Source: Laetmonice hystrix
Lineage: Eukaryota
DNA length: 64,000 bases
Direction of reading: 5' to 3'
NCBI GenBank assembly: GCA_965235115.1
Contig: OZ249438.1
Span: 22,258,001 to 22,322,000 of the forward strand
In this document: piece by piece, positions 62,571 to 64,000 of the stretch
How the letters are laid out: every line of letters starts with the position of its first letter
How positions within the stretch are numbered: the stretch's first letter is position 1
The notes under the pieces: model-generated
What the model was told of the DNA's origin: nothing
What the model saw: only the letters and a program-made list of their open reading frames with translations
Database searches by the model: none
Program-made: the position numbers and the translations under genes

Positions 62571-64000
62571 CAGCGACTCCAAGTTTTACCATGTTATACC
62601 CTGACTGGACCGGAGGTGTAAGGTTCTCTAGGCGGTGTTTTTCCAGTGGACCTGCCATGTAAAGTTGGCGCATTCCGACTGCCGCTCGGGAGGCCCGTCT
62701 TGTCAGAGAGAACAATAACAAGTGATGCGACTGGTTGGGAAACAAGCTGCGGTTGATCGGGCCTGGGATCGCACTGTTTAGGCCATGTGTCAAGTGGTGA
62801 GCACAATGGACCTGGGTGTGTACATGCTCGGCCCCCTCGGCCTGGCCACTGCACCGCACGGCCCCACCGGTTGGAAGGACATTTTTTGCCCCTCGCCGCC
62901 CCATGTGAAGCCCTGGTCACCATTGCGGCAACAACCCGTGTATATACATCTCCGTAAATGATCATAAATTGTGTTTATGGTGGCAGAAATGAGTGTGCCA
63001 TGTGCAAATGTATTGTTATACAGTGCCGTATCAATTTTATAAATGGTGTCGGGGCGGCGCAATGATGTGGCCACCTCATATTACGGCAGGTCGATAAACA
63101 TCATGTGCCGGCCCGGCCCGACAGTGGCCAAGGAATGGCAGCCGTTGCATAAAACAATGGGTGATGAAACACAGGCCCTAAACCTTCTCCCCACCGCCTC
63201 TTCCCATAACCCCCCGCCGCAGTCCCGCACCCCCTCCTGACCCCCACCCTACCCCCGCCCTTTCTACCCTCACCTCCATGCCGCTCACCCTGTCCAGTGA
63301 TGCCCGAGTTACAGGGTCCTGACACCCACGACTCCCTGTGTCCACCATTGATCCCCCAGCCCTCATGCTGGATCGCCTTGCCATTTGCCGCATCGTTTAT
63401 TGACATGGAGTACATGATGATCCTTGAGAGACCACTTGGGGATGAGCTCTCCATCAATTGACCAGCCGGATCGTCCCCAGGATCCATACCCCTCCGATCT
63501 CACCCCCATCTTCGCTCCCACACCCTAAACACCCCAACTCGGCGGATGGTCTCCACCATGGATTATCTGGACAGCGATCCCACCACTTAACCAGTCAGAG
63601 GCACTGATGAGAAGTTATTGAGTAGGTTCCTCCTGGAAACCCCTTACTCTCTCATACCTCCTCACACGGTTGACAGATTGCGTCTCTGTTTCAGACTCAA
63701 GATGTAAAATAGACCCGGCATATTTATTCAGGCTGTCGAACGTCGAATTACCAGCACCTGGAGCGGAAATCGACAATCTGCCGCTAGGTGTCAGCACAGG
63801 TACAGATTAAAATACCAGTCAGGTGAAATTAGCGTGCTCAGACTGCTGCATTTGACCACAGTTGTTTTACTGTTTGTCCAAAAATACAACGTTTCCGTGG
63901 CAGTTAACTGGAATTCCTTTGTCTGCAATGGATGCGACACAATTACGTGTAACACACTGTCTTTTCAATACTTTTCCTGACGGCTTTAAGAAGCAGCACC

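Larger units (their letters stand above)
32012..64000 (-). other. Large BCL11 intron (upstream exons not recognised in the window)
   Basis: A by-eye search of the minus strand found no MSRRKQ N-terminus and no DLLTCGxC..F..HK C2HC finger. A short divergent exon cannot be excluded. Confidence 0.6.

Noticed and set aside
1-64000. Conserved miRNA, snRNA, tRNA or rRNA genes
   Set aside because: None recognised by eye; an Infernal/Rfam and tRNAscan-SE run would be needed to exclude them

Overview
This is metazoan genomic DNA, most likely a non-vertebrate bilaterian (inference from the divergent linkers and C2HC sixth finger of the BCL11 protein and from the repeat landscape). It is a scaffolded assembly with two N gaps. 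Only one gene is firmly supported: the 2294-nt terminal coding exon of a BCL11A/BCL11B (CTIP1/2) orthologue on the minus strand (29718-32011), carrying six zinc fingers. I could not recognise its N-terminal exons in the 32 kb upstream, which appears to be one large intron containing seven unrelated tandem arrays and several candidate cis-regulatory motifs. Downstream (1-29 kb) are a probable long 3' UTR, micro- and minisatellites, a foldback MITE, a decayed RTE-like LINE, a 1.1-kb segment bounded by a perfect 31-bp inverted repeat, and some ambiguous coding-like remnants. The most interesting hypothesis is that the 74-bp array about 2.3 kb into the intron carries the BCL11 recognition hexamer TGACCA in each of about 30 units, a candidate satellite-based autoregulatory element. 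The protein also has two PxDLS (CtBP-type) motifs. No rRNA, tRNA, CRISPR array or prokaryotic system was found. All protein-family matches are by eye and from memory; no database search was run.
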